Shown here: piece by piece, positions 52,788 through 63,145 of the stretch
How positions within the stretch are numbered: position 1 is the stretch's first letter
Layout: every line of letters starts with the position of its first letter
Source: an uncultured Armatimonadetes bacterium
GTDB lineage: Bacteria; Armatimonadota; UBA5829; DTJY01
Assembly: GCA_963717145.1 (NCBI GenBank)
Contig: OY970325.1
Location: 1,568,001 to 1,632,000 of the forward strand
DNA: 64,000 nucleotides
Direction of reading: 5' to 3'
Notes under the pieces: generated by a model
Told to the model about the DNA's origin: nothing
Databases searched by the model: none
The model's input: the letters and a program-made list of their open reading frames with translations, nothing else
Translations under genes and position numbers: made by a program

Positions 52788-54155
52788 ATGAGTAGGAGCA
52801 TAGAGAGCAGAGACCGGATCATCGGAACCGACCACGCGTGGGCCACGGTATGGTGGCTCTCCTGGCCGGCGATGATCACGATGTTCCTGCAGACCATGAA
52901 TGGGATGCTTGACGGGATCTTCGTCGGTCAACTCGGTCCCGCCGCGCTCAGCGGCGTCGGTCTCGCGGGGCAGGTGAACATGGTGCTCATGGCGCTCGTC
53001 ATGGCCGTCGGCGTCGGCACCACCGCGCTCGTCGCGAGGTTCATCGGCGCAGGTCAGACGCAAGATGCTGAGGAAAGCGTGCGGCAGTCGATCCTCCTCG
53101 GCATCTTAGGGTCGCTCGTATCCGGCGTTGTGCTCGTGGCGGTCGCTCGCCCGCTCCTGCAGTTCATGGGCGGAGAGGGAGAAGCGCTCCGCCTTGGGAT
53201 GACCTACCTCTACATTCTCATCGCGGGCGTCACGCCGTTCTACCTCCTGCTCATCCTGACCGGTGTGTTCCGCGGGATGGGCGACATGTGGACCCCGCTC
53301 ATCGTCATGCTGGCAGTGACAGTCGTCAGCATCGCAGGCGACTATCTGCTGATCTTCGGGATCGGTCCGTTTCCGGCACTCGGTGTGGTCGGCGCGGGGA
53401 TCGCGACCGTGACATCGAGGGTCGTCGGAACGCTGATGCTGCTTTACTTCCTGGCCCGGTCTCAACTCGGCGGGTCATTGCGGAACGGATGGAATCCGGA
53501 CTGGGGCTGGTTCACCAGGATTCTGAAGATCGGCGGACCGGCGGGGATCCAGGGGCTGCTGCGGACGGGGGGCTCGGTCACGTACTACTCGATCCTGGGC
53601 CTCACCGCGTTCCCCGATCTCGCGATCGCAGCTCTGACGGCAGGTATCCGGACCGAGGCGCTGGCCTTCATGCTCGGACTCGCATTCAGCACCGCCGCGA
53701 CCTCGATGGTCGGGCAGAACCTCGGCGCCGGACAGCCCGAGAGAGCCAAGCGGTGCGCCTGGGCCGCCGCGTGGCAGGGCATCTGGATCATGGGCCTCGC
53801 GGGCCTGGGATTCTTCGTCCTGGCGCGTCCGATCGGCAGCCTGTACACCCACGATCCGCAGGTCCTGTCGCTGATTGTGAGCTATCTGCGGATCAATGCG
53901 ATCTCCGAGCCGTTCCTGGCGCTCTCGATGATCCTCACAGGGGCGATGCAGGGCGCGGGGGCGACTCGGGTGCCGGCGGTTGCGACGTTGGCGACCATGT
54001 GGCTGGTCCGACTGCCGTTGACCTACTACCTAACGATAACTCTCGACCTCGGGGCAGGTGGCGCGTGGATCTCGATGTCGGCCACCTCGATCCTCTCAGG
54101 CCTTGTGATGCTGGCGATCTTCAAGTGGACGCGTTGGGAGGAGACTTCTGTCTAG
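52788..54155 (+). CDS. MATE family efflux transporter
   Basis: About 12 TM helices; D.IFVGQLG, ARFIGAG, LGVVGAGIAT, VGQNLGAG; the start lies within a (TGAGTA)4 repeat and is uncertain. Confidence 0.92.
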   Translation: MSRSIESRDRIIGTDHAWATVWWLSWPAMITMFLQTMNGMLDGIFVGQLGPAALSGVGLAGQVNMVLMALVMAVGVGTTALVARFIGAGQTQDAEESVRQSILLGILGSLVSGVVLVAVARPLLQFMGGEGEALRLGMTYLYILIAGVTPFYLLLILTGVFRGMGDMWTPLIVMLAVTVVSIAGDYLLIFGIGPFPALGVVGAGIATVTSRVVGTLMLLYFLARSQLGGSLRNGWNPDWGWFTRILKIGGPAGIQGLLRTGGSVTYYSILGLTAFPDLAIAALTAGIRTEALAFMLGLAFSTAATSMVGQNLGAGQPERAKRCAWAAAWQGIWIMGLAGLGFFVLARPIGSLYTHDPQVLSLIVSYLRINAISEPFLALSMILTGAMQGAGATRVPAVATLATMWLVRLPLTYYLTITLDLGAGGAWISMSATSILSGLVMLAIFKWTRWEETSV

Positions 54156-54169
54156 TGGGGAGGAAAAAC

Positions 54170-54244
54170 TGGAGGCGTGGAGCGGATTCGAACCGCTGAA
54201 TAAGGGCTTTGCAGGCCCCCGCCTTACCACTTGGCTACCACGCC
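54170..54244 (-). tRNA. tRNA-Cys(GCA)
   Basis: GGCGTGGTAGCCAAGTGGTAAGGC...CTGCAAA...GGTTCGAATCC...CCACGCCTCCA. Confidence 0.95.
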
Positions 54245-54251
54245 CTGAAAA

Positions 54252-54326
54252 TGGAGCGGGAGACGGGATTCGAACCCGCGACATTCTGCTTGGGAAGCAG
54301 ATGCTCTACCACTGAACTACTCCCGC
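54252..54326 (-). tRNA. tRNA-Gly(CCC)
   Basis: GCGGGAG acceptor, TCTGC-TTCCCAA-GCAGA anticodon arm, TCCA end. Confidence 0.95.
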
Positions 54327-54354
54327 ACGCTTTGAGAACCACTTCGTGCTTTGG

Positions 54355-54429
54355 TGGTGGGCGATATTGGATTTGAACCAATGACCTCTTCCGTGTGAAG
54401 GAAGCGCTCTCCCCCTGAGCCAATCGCCC
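54355..54429 (-). tRNA. tRNA-Val(CAC)
   Basis: GGGCGAT acceptor, CTTCC-TTCACAC-GGAAG anticodon arm, ACCA end. Confidence 0.95.
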
Positions 54430-54445
54430 GTGTCGAATGGAAAGC

Positions 54446-54531
54446 TGGTGGGGATGGAGAGAGTTGAACTCTCATGCCCTTGCGGGCACTTGGCCCTCAA
54501 CCAAGCGCGTCTGCCATTCCGCCACATCCCC
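54446..54531 (-). tRNA. tRNA-Leu(GAG)
   Basis: GGGGATG acceptor, CTTGG-TTGAGGG-CCAAG anticodon arm, long variable arm, ACCA end. Confidence 0.95.
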
Positions 54532-54545
54532 ATGTCGGTAAAGGA

Positions 54546-54574
54546 ATTGTACCACAGGCCCCTGATCTTGTCAA
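54546..54574 (-). promoter_or_regulatory. Sigma70 promoter of the tRNA cluster
   Basis: TTGACA-N17-TACAAT with an extended TG. Confidence 0.8.
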
Positions 54575-54605
54575 CGCGGAATTCGATGCCAGAGACTGGA
54601 GCAAT

Positions 54606-54938
54606 CTACCCGTATAGAACATGGCGGAGACGAGTCGCCATCACGAACATGCCTGTCCATGAGAGGATGATGAGCGCATTATACACCGCAAGTACCCATC
54701 GGACGATGGTGATCACCTTTCTGGTCACCGGCCGAGCTATAAATGCAGGCCAGGGGACGCCCTTGATGGCGAGTAGCGGGGTCGAAACGAGGGCGAAGAT
54801 GATGGAGAGACCTATCAGTGTCTTCTCAGTGGCAACGGGGGTCCGGTGCAGGTGTTCCCAGATGTAGCCGTAGGTCTCCATGGCTGCAAGTCCGAGAACG
54901 AACCCGGTGAGTAGTCCTACTGCCCGTATCCGCGCCAT
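54606..54938 (-). CDS. Hypothetical membrane protein
   Basis: Three hydrophobic segments; ATG after AGGGGG. Confidence 0.55.
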   Translation of the reverse strand: MARIRAVGLLTGFVLGLAAMETYGYIWEHLHRTPVATEKTLIGLSIIFALVSTPLLAIKGVPWPAFIARPVTRKVITIVRWVLAVYNALIILSWTGMFVMATRLRHVLYG

Positions 54939-54946
54939 TTCGCCCC

Positions 54947-55393
54947 CTAGTATCCGTACCGCCGGCGCATGGACTTCCGATACCAACCGACAGCTGCCAG
55001 ATAGATGACGGCGCCGACGAGAGTCCCGGCAAGGAAGTACGGCATGGCGGCAGAACCCTCCAGGTCGTGGGGCGATGCATGAACGTGATCCATCGGGAAC
55101 ACGCTGAGGAGCAACCCGAGAGCCACCACGACGAACCAGAAGGCGAAGAGGGCAACAGCGCGACCTAGCAGGCTCTTGGGTGTGAGCGGACTGCCTTCAG
55201 GCCCGGTCATCCCATGGAGCGCCAGATCAACTATGTCGAGGTCATCATCCAGTAGCGCCAGTAACACCAACACCCCGATCGGGTAGAAGAAACCGGCGAC
55301 GAACTGCCATCCGGGCGTCTTGGGGGCGGCGAGCACCAGGAACGATGTCGCTATCACGATCAGAAAGCGTGTGCCGAAGACAACCCTGCGCAT
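54947..55393 (-). CDS. Hypothetical membrane protein
   Basis: Four hydrophobic segments. Confidence 0.55.
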   Translation of the reverse strand: MRRVVFGTRFLIVIATSFLVLAAPKTPGWQFVAGFFYPIGVLVLLALLDDDLDIVDLALHGMTGPEGSPLTPKSLLGRAVALFAFWFVVVALGLLLSVFPMDHVHASPHDLEGSAAMPYFLAGTLVGAVIYLAAVGWYRKSMRRRYGY

Positions 55394-55403
55394 ATCAGCA
55401 CCC

Positions 55404-55658
55404 CTACCTGTAGGCCGACTGCCTTGACTTCACAGCAGCGATTGTGACGACCTTCCGGTCATCGTCGATCTCGTAGATGATGCGCCAGTCGCCAACCCTG
55501 ATACGCCATTCCTCGCGAGCGGAGAGCTTCCTTGCGCCTCTCGGCTTGGGACTATCTTCGAGGGCATACATACGGGCGACGATGCGACGAACCAGATCGG
55601 CGGGAAACCGCCTAAGCTGCTTCCTTGCTGTCTCTCTGATCTCGACGCGGTATGTCAT
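55404..55658 (-). CDS. RelE/ParE-family toxin
   Basis: YRVEI..TARKQL...P.GARKL....WRIRVGDWRIIYEIDD...AYR. Confidence 0.9.
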   Translation of the reverse strand: MTYRVEIRETARKQLRRFPADLVRRIVARMYALEDSPKPRGARKLSAREEWRIRVGDWRIIYEIDDDRKVVTIAAVKSRQSAYR

Positions 55659-55860
55659 GGCCCTCGGCTCTAAGCTCCTCTACAAACTCATCAAACGGTC
55701 TGGTTGGCTCGCCCTTTGTCCTCCGAATATCCCGGATGTCTTCCAGGTCTTCCAACAGATCGTCGATCTCCGATATCTTGCTCAACAGCCGTTCCCGTTG
55801 GCGAGGGCTCATTTGCTTAATTGCATTCGCGATTTCATCGACTGACAGTTGTTGTGACAT
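55612..55860 (-). CDS. Putative cognate antitoxin
   Basis: Small acidic ORF overlapping the toxin start, LLEDLEDIRD motif; TGGTATAAT upstream. Confidence 0.7.
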   Translation of the reverse strand: MSQQLSVDEIANAIKQMSPRQRERLLSKISEIDDLLEDLEDIRDIRRTKGEPTRPFDEFVEELRAEGHDIPRRDQRDSKEAA

Positions 55861-55914
55861 GCTTTTCTCCTGGGCTCCTGCTCCATTATACCACAGCTTC
55901 TTCCGATGACCTGC

Positions 55915-56439
55915 CTAACAAGTAATGAGGCTCTTGATCTCGTAGCCCTGGAGCTTGTCGCGGCCGTTGAGGAAGTCGAGTTCGACGAGGAAGCAGATCC
56001 CGACCACGCGCCCTCCGAGTTCCTCCACGAGACGCGCGGATGCCGCCGCCGTGCCACCGGTCGCGAGCAGATCATCGATGATCAGCGCCTTCTGGCCGGG
56101 GACGATCGCGTCACGGTGCATCTCAACGATATTGGTGCCATATTCGAGGGAGTACTCGCACTTGATGGTATCGTGCGGAAGCTTTCCGATCTTGCGGACC
56201 GGTACGAAGCTCTTGCCGAGCTTCACCGCGACGGGCACGCCGAACATGAAACCGCGTGACTCGATCGCCACGATGACGTCCGGATCGGTCTCGGCCGCGT
56301 ACTCGCAGAACTTGTCGACAACCTCGGCGAGCGCCTCAGGGTTCTGGAGGATCGGCGTGATATCCTTGAAGATAATCCCGGGCTGCGGGAAGTCGGGGAT
56401 GTCGCGTATCAGGCTGCATGCCAGGAGATTTGATGGCAT
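55915..56439 (-). CDS. apt: Adenine phosphoribosyltransferase
   Basis: PDFPQPGIIFKDIT, ESRGF, IDDLLATGGT. Confidence 0.96.
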   Translation of the reverse strand: MPSNLLACSLIRDIPDFPQPGIIFKDITPILQNPEALAEVVDKFCEYAAETDPDVIVAIESRGFMFGVPVAVKLGKSFVPVRKIGKLPHDTIKCEYSLEYGTNIVEMHRDAIVPGQKALIIDDLLATGGTAAASARLVEELGGRVVGICFLVELDFLNGRDKLQGYEIKSLITC

Positions 56440-56464
56440 CTCGTTCGCTCCTTTCGAGTCGCAC

Positions 56465-56528
56465 GTAGCCTAGCCCCTTGTGGGCGTCTAGCAGAGCACG
56501 GAAGAACGCCCACAAGGGGCTAGGCTAC
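56465..56528. repeat. GTAG-type inverted repeat GTAGCCTAGCCCCTTGTGGGCG...CGCCCACAAGGGGCTAGGCTAC
   Basis: Perfect 22-bp arms. Confidence 0.85.
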
Positions 56529-56544
56529 GGATCTGTAACAGGCC

Positions 56545-57636
56545 CTAAGGTCCAAAGTCTATGAGCTTCGCCGGAGGGATGACACCCTTCTCCGTGATGA
56601 TCGCAGTCACATATTCCGCCGGTGTCACGTCGAACGCGGGGTTCCACGCGCAGACGCCCTCGGGAGCGATGCGGAGTCCGCCGATATGCGTGACCTCGCA
56701 TTCGTCGCGTTCCTCGATCGGGATGTGCGAGCCGTCTGGGATGGCGAAATCGACGGTGGAGATCGGAGCGGCCACATAGAATGGGATGCCGTGTGCCCTC
56801 GCCAAGACCGCCACGCCATACGTGCCGATCTTGTTCGCCGTATCGCCGTTCGCCGCAATTCGATCCGCTCCGACGACCACGCAGTCGATCATCCCGCGCG
56901 ACATGGCCCACGCGGCCATGTTGTCGGTGATGATCGTGACAGGCACTCCGATGCGCGCGAGTTCCCAGGCGGTAAGCTTCATGCCCTGAAGGCGAGGTCG
57001 CGTCTCATCCGCGATGACCTTGATGCGCTTGCCAGACTCGACCGCGGCCCGGATGACTCCGAGAGCGGTCCCGTAACCCGCGGTGGCGAGCGCGCCGGCA
57101 TTGCAGTGGGTGAGAACGGTCCAACCATCTCTGAGCAATTCAGCGCCGTTCCGTCCGAGCGCGCGGTTGATCTCGATATCCTCCCGGAGGATCGCGACGG
57201 CCTCCTCCTCCAGAACGCGCCTGATCTCGGTCACATCTGTAGGGGCGTGCCTTGTGCCGCCCGACGCGTGATCACTGGCGGCACAAGGCACGCCCCTACA
57301 GATGGTGGTTCGAGCGGTTCTGAGCATGCGGTCGATCGCCCAGAACAGGTTTACCGCGGTCGGGCGCGTCGATCGGAACTCGTCCGCGATCCCCTCGAAC
57401 CGGCGCATGAACTCGTCGGGATCGGTCGTTTCGATCTGACGCGCCCCGAGAGCCATCCCGAGCGCCGCCGTGACGCCGATCGCCGGCGCTCCCCGAACGA
57501 TCATGGTGCGGATCGCATCGGCGACATCGTGGTAGTCGCTGTAGTCGATGATCTTGAACTCGGCGGGGATGACGGTCTGGTCGATCAGACGGACCTTGCC
57601 GTCAACCCATTCCACCGGTCGAATGTCTTCCATCAT
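56545..57636 (-). CDS. mtnA: S-methyl-5-thioribose-1-phosphate isomerase, carrying an in-frame REPIN insertion
   Basis: [48 protein letters not shown]. Confidence 0.95.
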   Translation of the reverse strand: MMEDIRPVEWVDGKVRLIDQTVIPAEFKIIDYSDYHDVADAIRTMIVRGAPAIGVTAALGMALGARQIETTDPDEFMRRFEGIADEFRSTRPTAVNLFWAIDRMLRTARTTICRGVPCAASDHASGGTRHAPTDVTEIRRVLEEEAVAILREDIEINRALGRNGAELLRDGWTVLTHCNAGALATAGYGTALGVIRAAVESGKRIKVIADETRPRLQGMKLTAWELARIGVPVTIITDNMAAWAMSRGMIDCVVVGADRIAANGDTANKIGTYGVAVLARAHGIPFYVAAPISTVDFAIPDGSHIPIEERDECEVTHIGGLRIAPEGVCAWNPAFDVTPAEYVTAIITEKGVIPPAKLIDFGP

Positions 57637-57713
57637 GCCTCCTGGTCGGCGAGGGCGAAGCATGTGCTCACGCACGCCAACGTTGTGTTACCCGGTGGGC
57701 ACATGCTTCGCCC

Positions 57714-58520
57714 CTACTCGAGGCGGGCGTGCTCCATAGCCGCCACGCAGTCGGGGCAGGGACCGCTGGGCATCCGCTCGATCATATCGAGGATGACGGT
57801 GCGCACACGATCGTTGTTCTCGCACAGGACCTTGACGATCTCTCCGGCGGTCACCGGCTCGATACCCTCCTGCCCGATGCAGCCCGCATCGTAGTCCGTA
57901 ATGAGCGAGATGTTGACATAACACATGCCAAGCTCGCGGGCGAGTATGACCTCCGGGTATTGGGTCATGTTCACCACTTCCCAGCCCATCTTTGTGAACC
58001 AGGAGCTTTCGGCGCGGGTCGAGAAGCGCGGGCCCTGGATGACAACCGCCGTCCCGCTTTCATGGACCGTGATGCTATGTGACTTGATCACTTCGACGGC
58101 AAGCCGGCGCATATGATCGCAGTACGGATCAGCTCCCATGATATGAACGGCAACGGGGCCGTCGTAGAACGTGTCCTTGCGCCCGGAGGTCCTGTCCACG
58201 AACTGATCGCAGACGACGAAATCACCGGGCTTGATGTAAGTCTGAAGGCTTCCGACGGCCGCCGGCCCGACGATACGGTTCACGCCCAACTGCTTCATCG
58301 CGTGAGCGTTCGCGCGGTATGGGATCATGTGCGGGGGGAGATTGTGATGCCGGCCATGCCTCGGTAGGAACGCCACCCTCCTGCCGCCAATGGTGACAAG
58401 ATGTATGAGATCGCTCGGCGCTCCATATGGTGTCTCGACCTTGATCTCCTCGACGTTCTGCAGGAACTCGTAGAAACCTGAGCCGCCGTAGACTCCGATC
58501 TCAGCTCGGTGTTCGGTCAT
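57714..58520 (-). CDS. mtnP: S-methyl-5'-thioadenosine phosphorylase
   Basis: GGSG, TPYGAPS, RHG, GPRFSTRAES, NMT, TDYD. Confidence 0.92.
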   Translation of the reverse strand: MTEHRAEIGVYGGSGFYEFLQNVEEIKVETPYGAPSDLIHLVTIGGRRVAFLPRHGRHHNLPPHMIPYRANAHAMKQLGVNRIVGPAAVGSLQTYIKPGDFVVCDQFVDRTSGRKDTFYDGPVAVHIMGADPYCDHMRRLAVEVIKSHSITVHESGTAVVIQGPRFSTRAESSWFTKMGWEVVNMTQYPEVILARELGMCYVNISLITDYDAGCIGQEGIEPVTAGEIVKVLCENNDRVRTVILDMIERMPSGPCPDCVAAMEHARLE

Positions 58521-59233
58521 ACGTCCGATTCCTCCCTGGCGACCTGGCATCTCGGATGCTGCAGCGCCTCGAGCGCGGCGGCCTGCTCGGCCTGCTTTTT
58601 GCTCTTACCCGATCCTCTGCCCAGCGGGACACCGTCGAGTTGGGCCTCGACGATGAACGTCTTGTCGTGATCCGCACCTGATTCGGTGACGACCTCGTAC
58701 CTGGGGGCCATCTTATACCGGCTCTGACTGATCTCCTGGAGGATCGACTTGTAGTTCCGGTGGTGCTCCTCCCGCTCGATGTCGTCGAGCAGCGGACGGA
58801 GCGCCTTCAGCACGAGCACCTTTGCCGCGTCGAGACCGCCTATGAGGTAGACGGCTGCGATCACCGCCTCGAACGCATCAGAGAGAATCGAGGCGCGGTT
58901 CCGGCCACCGGACTGCTCCTCTCCCGTGCTGACCAGGACTGTCTCAGACAGGCCGATCTTCTTGGCCGCCTCCGCCAGGATCGGCTCGCTGACTGTGACG
59001 GCCTTCGCCTTCGCCAGGTCGCCTTCCTGTCTCTCCGTCCACCTGGAGTAGAGGTGCTCGGCGACAACCAGACCGAGCACCGAATCGCCGAGGAACTCCA
59101 ATCGCTCGTTGCTGTCGAGGTTGGAGACTTCGCCGAGATACGACTTGTGCCTCAGCGCGTGCTGAAGCAAAGGCTGGTCGGCCTTCTTGATCTTCAGCCT
59201 GCGCGCCAGTTTCTGAAATTCAGATAGCGCCAT
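58517..59233 (-). CDS. rnc: Ribonuclease III
   Basis: NERLEFLGDSVL, DAFEAVI, dsRBD with SKKQAEQ. Confidence 0.96.
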   Translation of the reverse strand: MALSEFQKLARRLKIKKADQPLLQHALRHKSYLGEVSNLDSNERLEFLGDSVLGLVVAEHLYSRWTERQEGDLAKAKAVTVSEPILAEAAKKIGLSETVLVSTGEEQSGGRNRASILSDAFEAVIAAVYLIGGLDAAKVLVLKALRPLLDDIEREEHHRNYKSILQEISQSRYKMAPRYEVVTESGADHDKTFIVEAQLDGVPLGRGSGKSKKQAEQAAALEALQHPRCQVAREESDV

Positions 59234-59378
59234 GTGTACCCACTCCAGGAGTGGGAGAATGGGGGAACGGGAGACCCAAGCGCTCCCACTCTCCCATGCC
59301 CCCATTCGTTTTGATAATGCAGTAATCGGTAACGAGTAACAGGGAAGGCAGATCACGTTACTCGTTACCGATTACGTG

Positions 59379-60572
59379 TTAGCTGAGCTTCCCAACCGCC
59401 TCGCTGATGCGGGCGATGCCCTTCTTGATGTTGTCCATCGAGGTGGCATAGGACAGGCGGATATTCGAATCCGCGCCGAAGCCCGATCCCGGTATGACGG
59501 CGACCTTCGCTTCGTTGAGCAGGAACTCGGCGAACGCATCCGATCCGCTGATCGACTTGCCGTTGAACGACCTGCCGTAGAACGCCGACACGTTCGGGAA
59601 GACGTAGAACGCACCGCCCGGGTCGGGACAGACGACCCCAGGGATCGCGTTCAGGCTGCTCACGATCTCCTTCCGACGCTCGTCGAATGCCTTCCGCATC
59701 TCCTCCACGGCGTCCTGGGGGCCATTCAGTGCTTCGACTGCACCGGCCTGCACGAACGACACTGGGTTGGAGGTGCTGTGGTCCTGGATGCGGGACATGC
59801 CGCTGATGATCTCCTGCTCGGCGGCGGCATATCCGATGCGCCATCCCGTCATCGAGTGGCTCTTGGAAAGGCCGTTGATCGTGATGGTCAACTTCTTGAT
59901 GTCCTCCCCCAGCGATGCGATGCTGATCTGCTTGTTGCCGCCATAGACCAGCTTCTCGTATATCTCATCGGAGATCACGTAGATCCCCCTCTCGACGGCG
60001 ATCTTCGCGATCTCCTCGATCACGGACGGATCGTATACCGCGCCTGTGGGATTGCTCGGGCTGTTGAGAACGAGTGCCTTCGTCTTCGGGGTGATCGCCG
60101 CTCGGAGCATCGCCGGGGTCATTCGGAACCCCGTGCTCTCGTCCGTCTGCACATAGACAGGGACGCCCTCCGCGAGCTTGACCATCTCGGGGTAGCTGAC
60201 CCAGTAAGGCGCGGGGATGATCACCTCGTCGCCGGGATCCAGGAGCGCGAGCATCGTGTTGTAGAGAGAGTGCTTCGCGCCGATCGAGACGATGATCTGC
60301 GAGGGCTGATACTCGAGCCCGCTGTCCCTTTTGAGCTTAGCGCAGATTGCCGCCTTCAACTCAGGAGTGCCCGAAGTCGGCGTGTACTTGGTCATACCCG
60401 CTTGCAGCGCCTTGATCGCAGCGTCCTTGACGTTCTGTGGTGTATCGAAGTCCGGCTCACCTGCCCCGAAGCTGACGACATCGATGCCGTCAGCCTTCAT
60501 CTGCTTGGCCTTTGCCGTGATCGCCAGCGTCGGCGACGGATTCGCTCTTCTTGCTCTCTCTGAGATGGACAC
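59379..60572 (-). CDS. PLP-dependent aminotransferase class I/II (aspartate aminotransferase-like)
   Basis: GEPDFDTP, NSPSNPTG, DEIY, SKSHSMTGWRIG. Confidence 0.95.
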   Translation of the reverse strand: MSISERARRANPSPTLAITAKAKQMKADGIDVVSFGAGEPDFDTPQNVKDAAIKALQAGMTKYTPTSGTPELKAAICAKLKRDSGLEYQPSQIIVSIGAKHSLYNTMLALLDPGDEVIIPAPYWVSYPEMVKLAEGVPVYVQTDESTGFRMTPAMLRAAITPKTKALVLNSPSNPTGAVYDPSVIEEIAKIAVERGIYVISDEIYEKLVYGGNKQISIASLGEDIKKLTITINGLSKSHSMTGWRIGYAAAEQEIISGMSRIQDHSTSNPVSFVQAGAVEALNGPQDAVEEMRKAFDERRKEIVSSLNAIPGVVCPDPGGAFYVFPNVSAFYGRSFNGKSISGSDAFAEFLLNEAKVAVIPGSGFGADSNIRLSYATSMDNIKKGIARISEAVGKLS

Positions 60573-60610
60573 TGCTCTCGCTCCTCGCTTTCTACACCCG
60601 AATACTCAGC

Positions 60611-61336
60611 CTAGGACTCTTTCGAATCGTCATCCTCGTCTTCGTCGAGCGAGATGATGCCGCGCGTATCGTCGGCTGGTAAGATCTCCAAGTCGTCATT
60701 GTCGAGATCGAGGACCTGTTTGCCTTCCGTATCTGTCGCAGGTTCCTCGGTCTCTTCTTGAGTCATCCACCACGGCAGCGGCTCCTCGCCGGTGCCCTCC
60801 AGACTCGCCGCGTCGTCGGCGGGCTCGACGATGAGCGACTCCTCCGAGACCTCCCGTGCTTCAACCTGCACTGGCTCGGGTTCGTCGAGATCGACGATCG
60901 CGGGCTCCTGCTCGTCCTCAGGCAAATCCACAAGTCCCAGGATCGGGGCGGGCTGCTCAACGTCCTCCGTCTCGTCTGCGGTGTCGAACGACGGTGAGGA
61001 CAGCATGACGTCGCCGATCGGCGCGACCGGTGGAGTGAGCGCTTCCGACATGGCAGGCGCGAAGACTTCCGGTTCGGCAGGTGGCAGATCGAAAGTGAGA
61101 TCGGGCATCGGAGCCGGCGACTCGGGCTCGGCCAGTTCGGGAATCGGCGCCACGGGCACTGCCTGCTCATCGGCGACAAGAGCGGCAGCGATCGGTGCAC
61201 CGACAGGTGCGTTCGTATCCTTCAAGAGAATGAGCTGAGCCTTCTTGCTGTCGGACTTCTGAAGCTGAGCGAAGCACTTCCAACAAGCGGCGCGATCATC
61301 CTGGTTGCGTGACCCACATCTTGGGCAGAACTGCAT
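60611..61336 (-). CDS. Zinc-ribbon protein with a long acidic Pro-rich tail
   Basis: CPRC...CWKC at the N-terminus followed by D/E/P-rich sequence. Confidence 0.7.
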   Translation of the reverse strand: MQFCPRCGSRNQDDRAACWKCFAQLQKSDSKKAQLILLKDTNAPVGAPIAAALVADEQAVPVAPIPELAEPESPAPMPDLTFDLPPAEPEVFAPAMSEALTPPVAPIGDVMLSSPSFDTADETEDVEQPAPILGLVDLPEDEQEPAIVDLDEPEPVQVEAREVSEESLIVEPADDAASLEGTGEEPLPWWMTQEETEEPATDTEGKQVLDLDNDDLEILPADDTRGIISLDEDEDDDSKES

Positions 61337-61422
61337 CGGATTGCCCCCATTTCTGAGTAGACTGCAGAAGGGCCGGCACGGAGGCACGGCCACTACAGTC
61401 TAGCACTTACGGCGGTTCATGT

Positions 61423-62664
61423 CTATTCGTAGCGAGAGAAGATCAACGTCGCGTTGTGCCCGCCGAATCCGAACGAGTTCGACATCGCCACTCGAACGGC
61501 CAACTCCCGAGGCCGATTCGGCGTGTAGTCGAGATCGCACTCCGGGTCGGGAGTCTCGTAGTTGATCGTTGGCGGGATAATGCTGTCCCTGATGGCGCAC
61601 AGGCACGCGATGCCCTCGACAGCCCCACCCGCGCCGAGCAGATGCCCGGTCATCGACTTGGTCGAGCTGATGGCGACCCTATACGCGTAGTCACCGAAAA
61701 CGGTCTTGATAGCTGTAGTCTCCAGCTTGTCGTTCTGGTCGGTCGATGTGCCGTGGGCATTGATATAGTCGATCGCGTCGGGAGTCAAGCCGGCATTCGA
61801 CAGAGCTGCGGCCATCGCGCGAGCCGCTCCCTCGCCTTCCGGCGCCGGAGCAGTGATGTGGTACGCGTCGCCGCTCATCCCGTAGCCGATGACCTCGCCG
61901 TAGATAGTTGCGCCACGAGCAAGTGCATGATCGAGGCCCTCGAGGACAAGGATGCCCGAGCCTTCCGCCATGAGGAAGCCGTCGCGATCCATGTCGAACG
62001 GCCTGCTGGCGTGCTCGGGATCATCATTGCGTGTGGTCATGGCCTTCATGGAACAGAAGCCTGCGACGGCCATGGCGGTGATCGCCGCCTCTGAGCCGCC
62101 CGCGATCATCACGTCGGCGGCCCCGCGCCGTATCATCTCGCCGGCCTCACCGATCGCGTGGCTCGCAGTCGCACACGCCGAGGTAACAGCGAGATTCGGG
62201 CCCTTTGCACCGTAGATCATGGACACATGGCCGGATGCCATATCCGAGATGAGCATCGGCACGAAAAACGGGCTGACCCGCCCCGGCCCTCGCTCGAGCA
62301 GAATCTGGTGCTGCTCCTCCCAAGTTCCCGTGCCACCGATGCCCGAGCCGATCAGCACTCCCACTCTGTCCATGTCAGTGGATTCGAGATCGAGGCCCGA
62401 ATCCTCGACCGCGAGCTTTGTAGCTGCGACCGCAAACTGCACAAAACGGTCCATCCGCCTTGCCTCTTTGCGCTCCATGTACTGCTCGGGGTCGAAATCC
62501 TTGATCTCAGCGGCGATGCGAGTTGTATATTCGGACGTGTCGAAATGGGTGATAGGGCCCGCTCCGGAGACTCCTCCCAACAGCGCCTTCCAGAAGACTT
62601 CATGTCCGGCGCCGATCGGAGTGATCGCCCCCATACCAGTAACTACGACCCTTCGTCTGTCCAT
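61423..62664 (-). CDS. fabF: Beta-ketoacyl-ACP synthase II
   Basis: [27 protein letters not shown]. Confidence 0.97.
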   Translation of the reverse strand: MDRRRVVVTGMGAITPIGAGHEVFWKALLGGVSGAGPITHFDTSEYTTRIAAEIKDFDPEQYMERKEARRMDRFVQFAVAATKLAVEDSGLDLESTDMDRVGVLIGSGIGGTGTWEEQHQILLERGPGRVSPFFVPMLISDMASGHVSMIYGAKGPNLAVTSACATASHAIGEAGEMIRRGAADVMIAGGSEAAITAMAVAGFCSMKAMTTRNDDPEHASRPFDMDRDGFLMAEGSGILVLEGLDHALARGATIYGEVIGYGMSGDAYHITAPAPEGEGAARAMAAALSNAGLTPDAIDYINAHGTSTDQNDKLETTAIKTVFGDYAYRVAISSTKSMTGHLLGAGGAVEGIACLCAIRDSIIPPTINYETPDPECDLDYTPNRPRELAVRVAMSNSFGFGGHNATLIFSRYE

Positions 62665-62896
62665 ATTTCAATCCTCACTGATCACAGAGGGGCGGTGCAA
62701 CCTCAGGCGGTAGAAACGCGGGATTTCCCCGCAGTAGTAAAGCGGGGGTACCCCCGCAGTAGTGACGCGGGGAATCCATCTTCGGAATCGCTCATGGCTT
62801 ATGGTAAATGCGAATGGGCAAGCCCTGTTCTGCCACTAACCGTCAGCCATCAACCATTCCGAAGAGGGGATTCCCCGCACAGTTAAAGGTTAGGCC

Positions 62897-63133
62897 CTAA
62901 CCCTTGGCTTTCTCTTCGATGTAGCTGACTGCGTCCGCCACAGTGGTGATCTTCTCGGCGTCCTCGTCAGGGATCTCGACGTCGAACTCCTCTTCGAGCC
63001 CCATGACCAGTTCAACGACGTCAAGGGAATCGGCGCCCAGGTCGTCCACGAATGATGCGGTCGAGGTGACCTCATCCTCGTTAACGTCAAGCTGCTCAAC
63101 TACTACTTTCTTCACGCGATCCAATGTCGACAC
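62897..63133 (-). CDS. acpP: Acyl carrier protein
   Basis: [12 protein letters not shown]. Confidence 0.97.
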   Translation of the reverse strand: MSTLDRVKKVVVEQLDVNEDEVTSTASFVDDLGADSLDVVELVMGLEEEFDVEIPDEDAEKITTVADAVSYIEEKAKG

Positions 63134-63145
63134 TTGTTCACCTCC

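Noticed and set aside
54170-54531. tRNA-Sec within the tRNA cluster, or an integration site
   Set aside because: Anticodons are GCA, CCC, CAC and GAG, none TCA; no duplicated tRNA 3' end or integrase seen
62718-62780. TTCCCCGC-containing repeats reminiscent of type I-E CRISPR repeats
   Set aside because: Only 2-3 degenerate units with ~9-nt constant spacing; no spacers or cas genes
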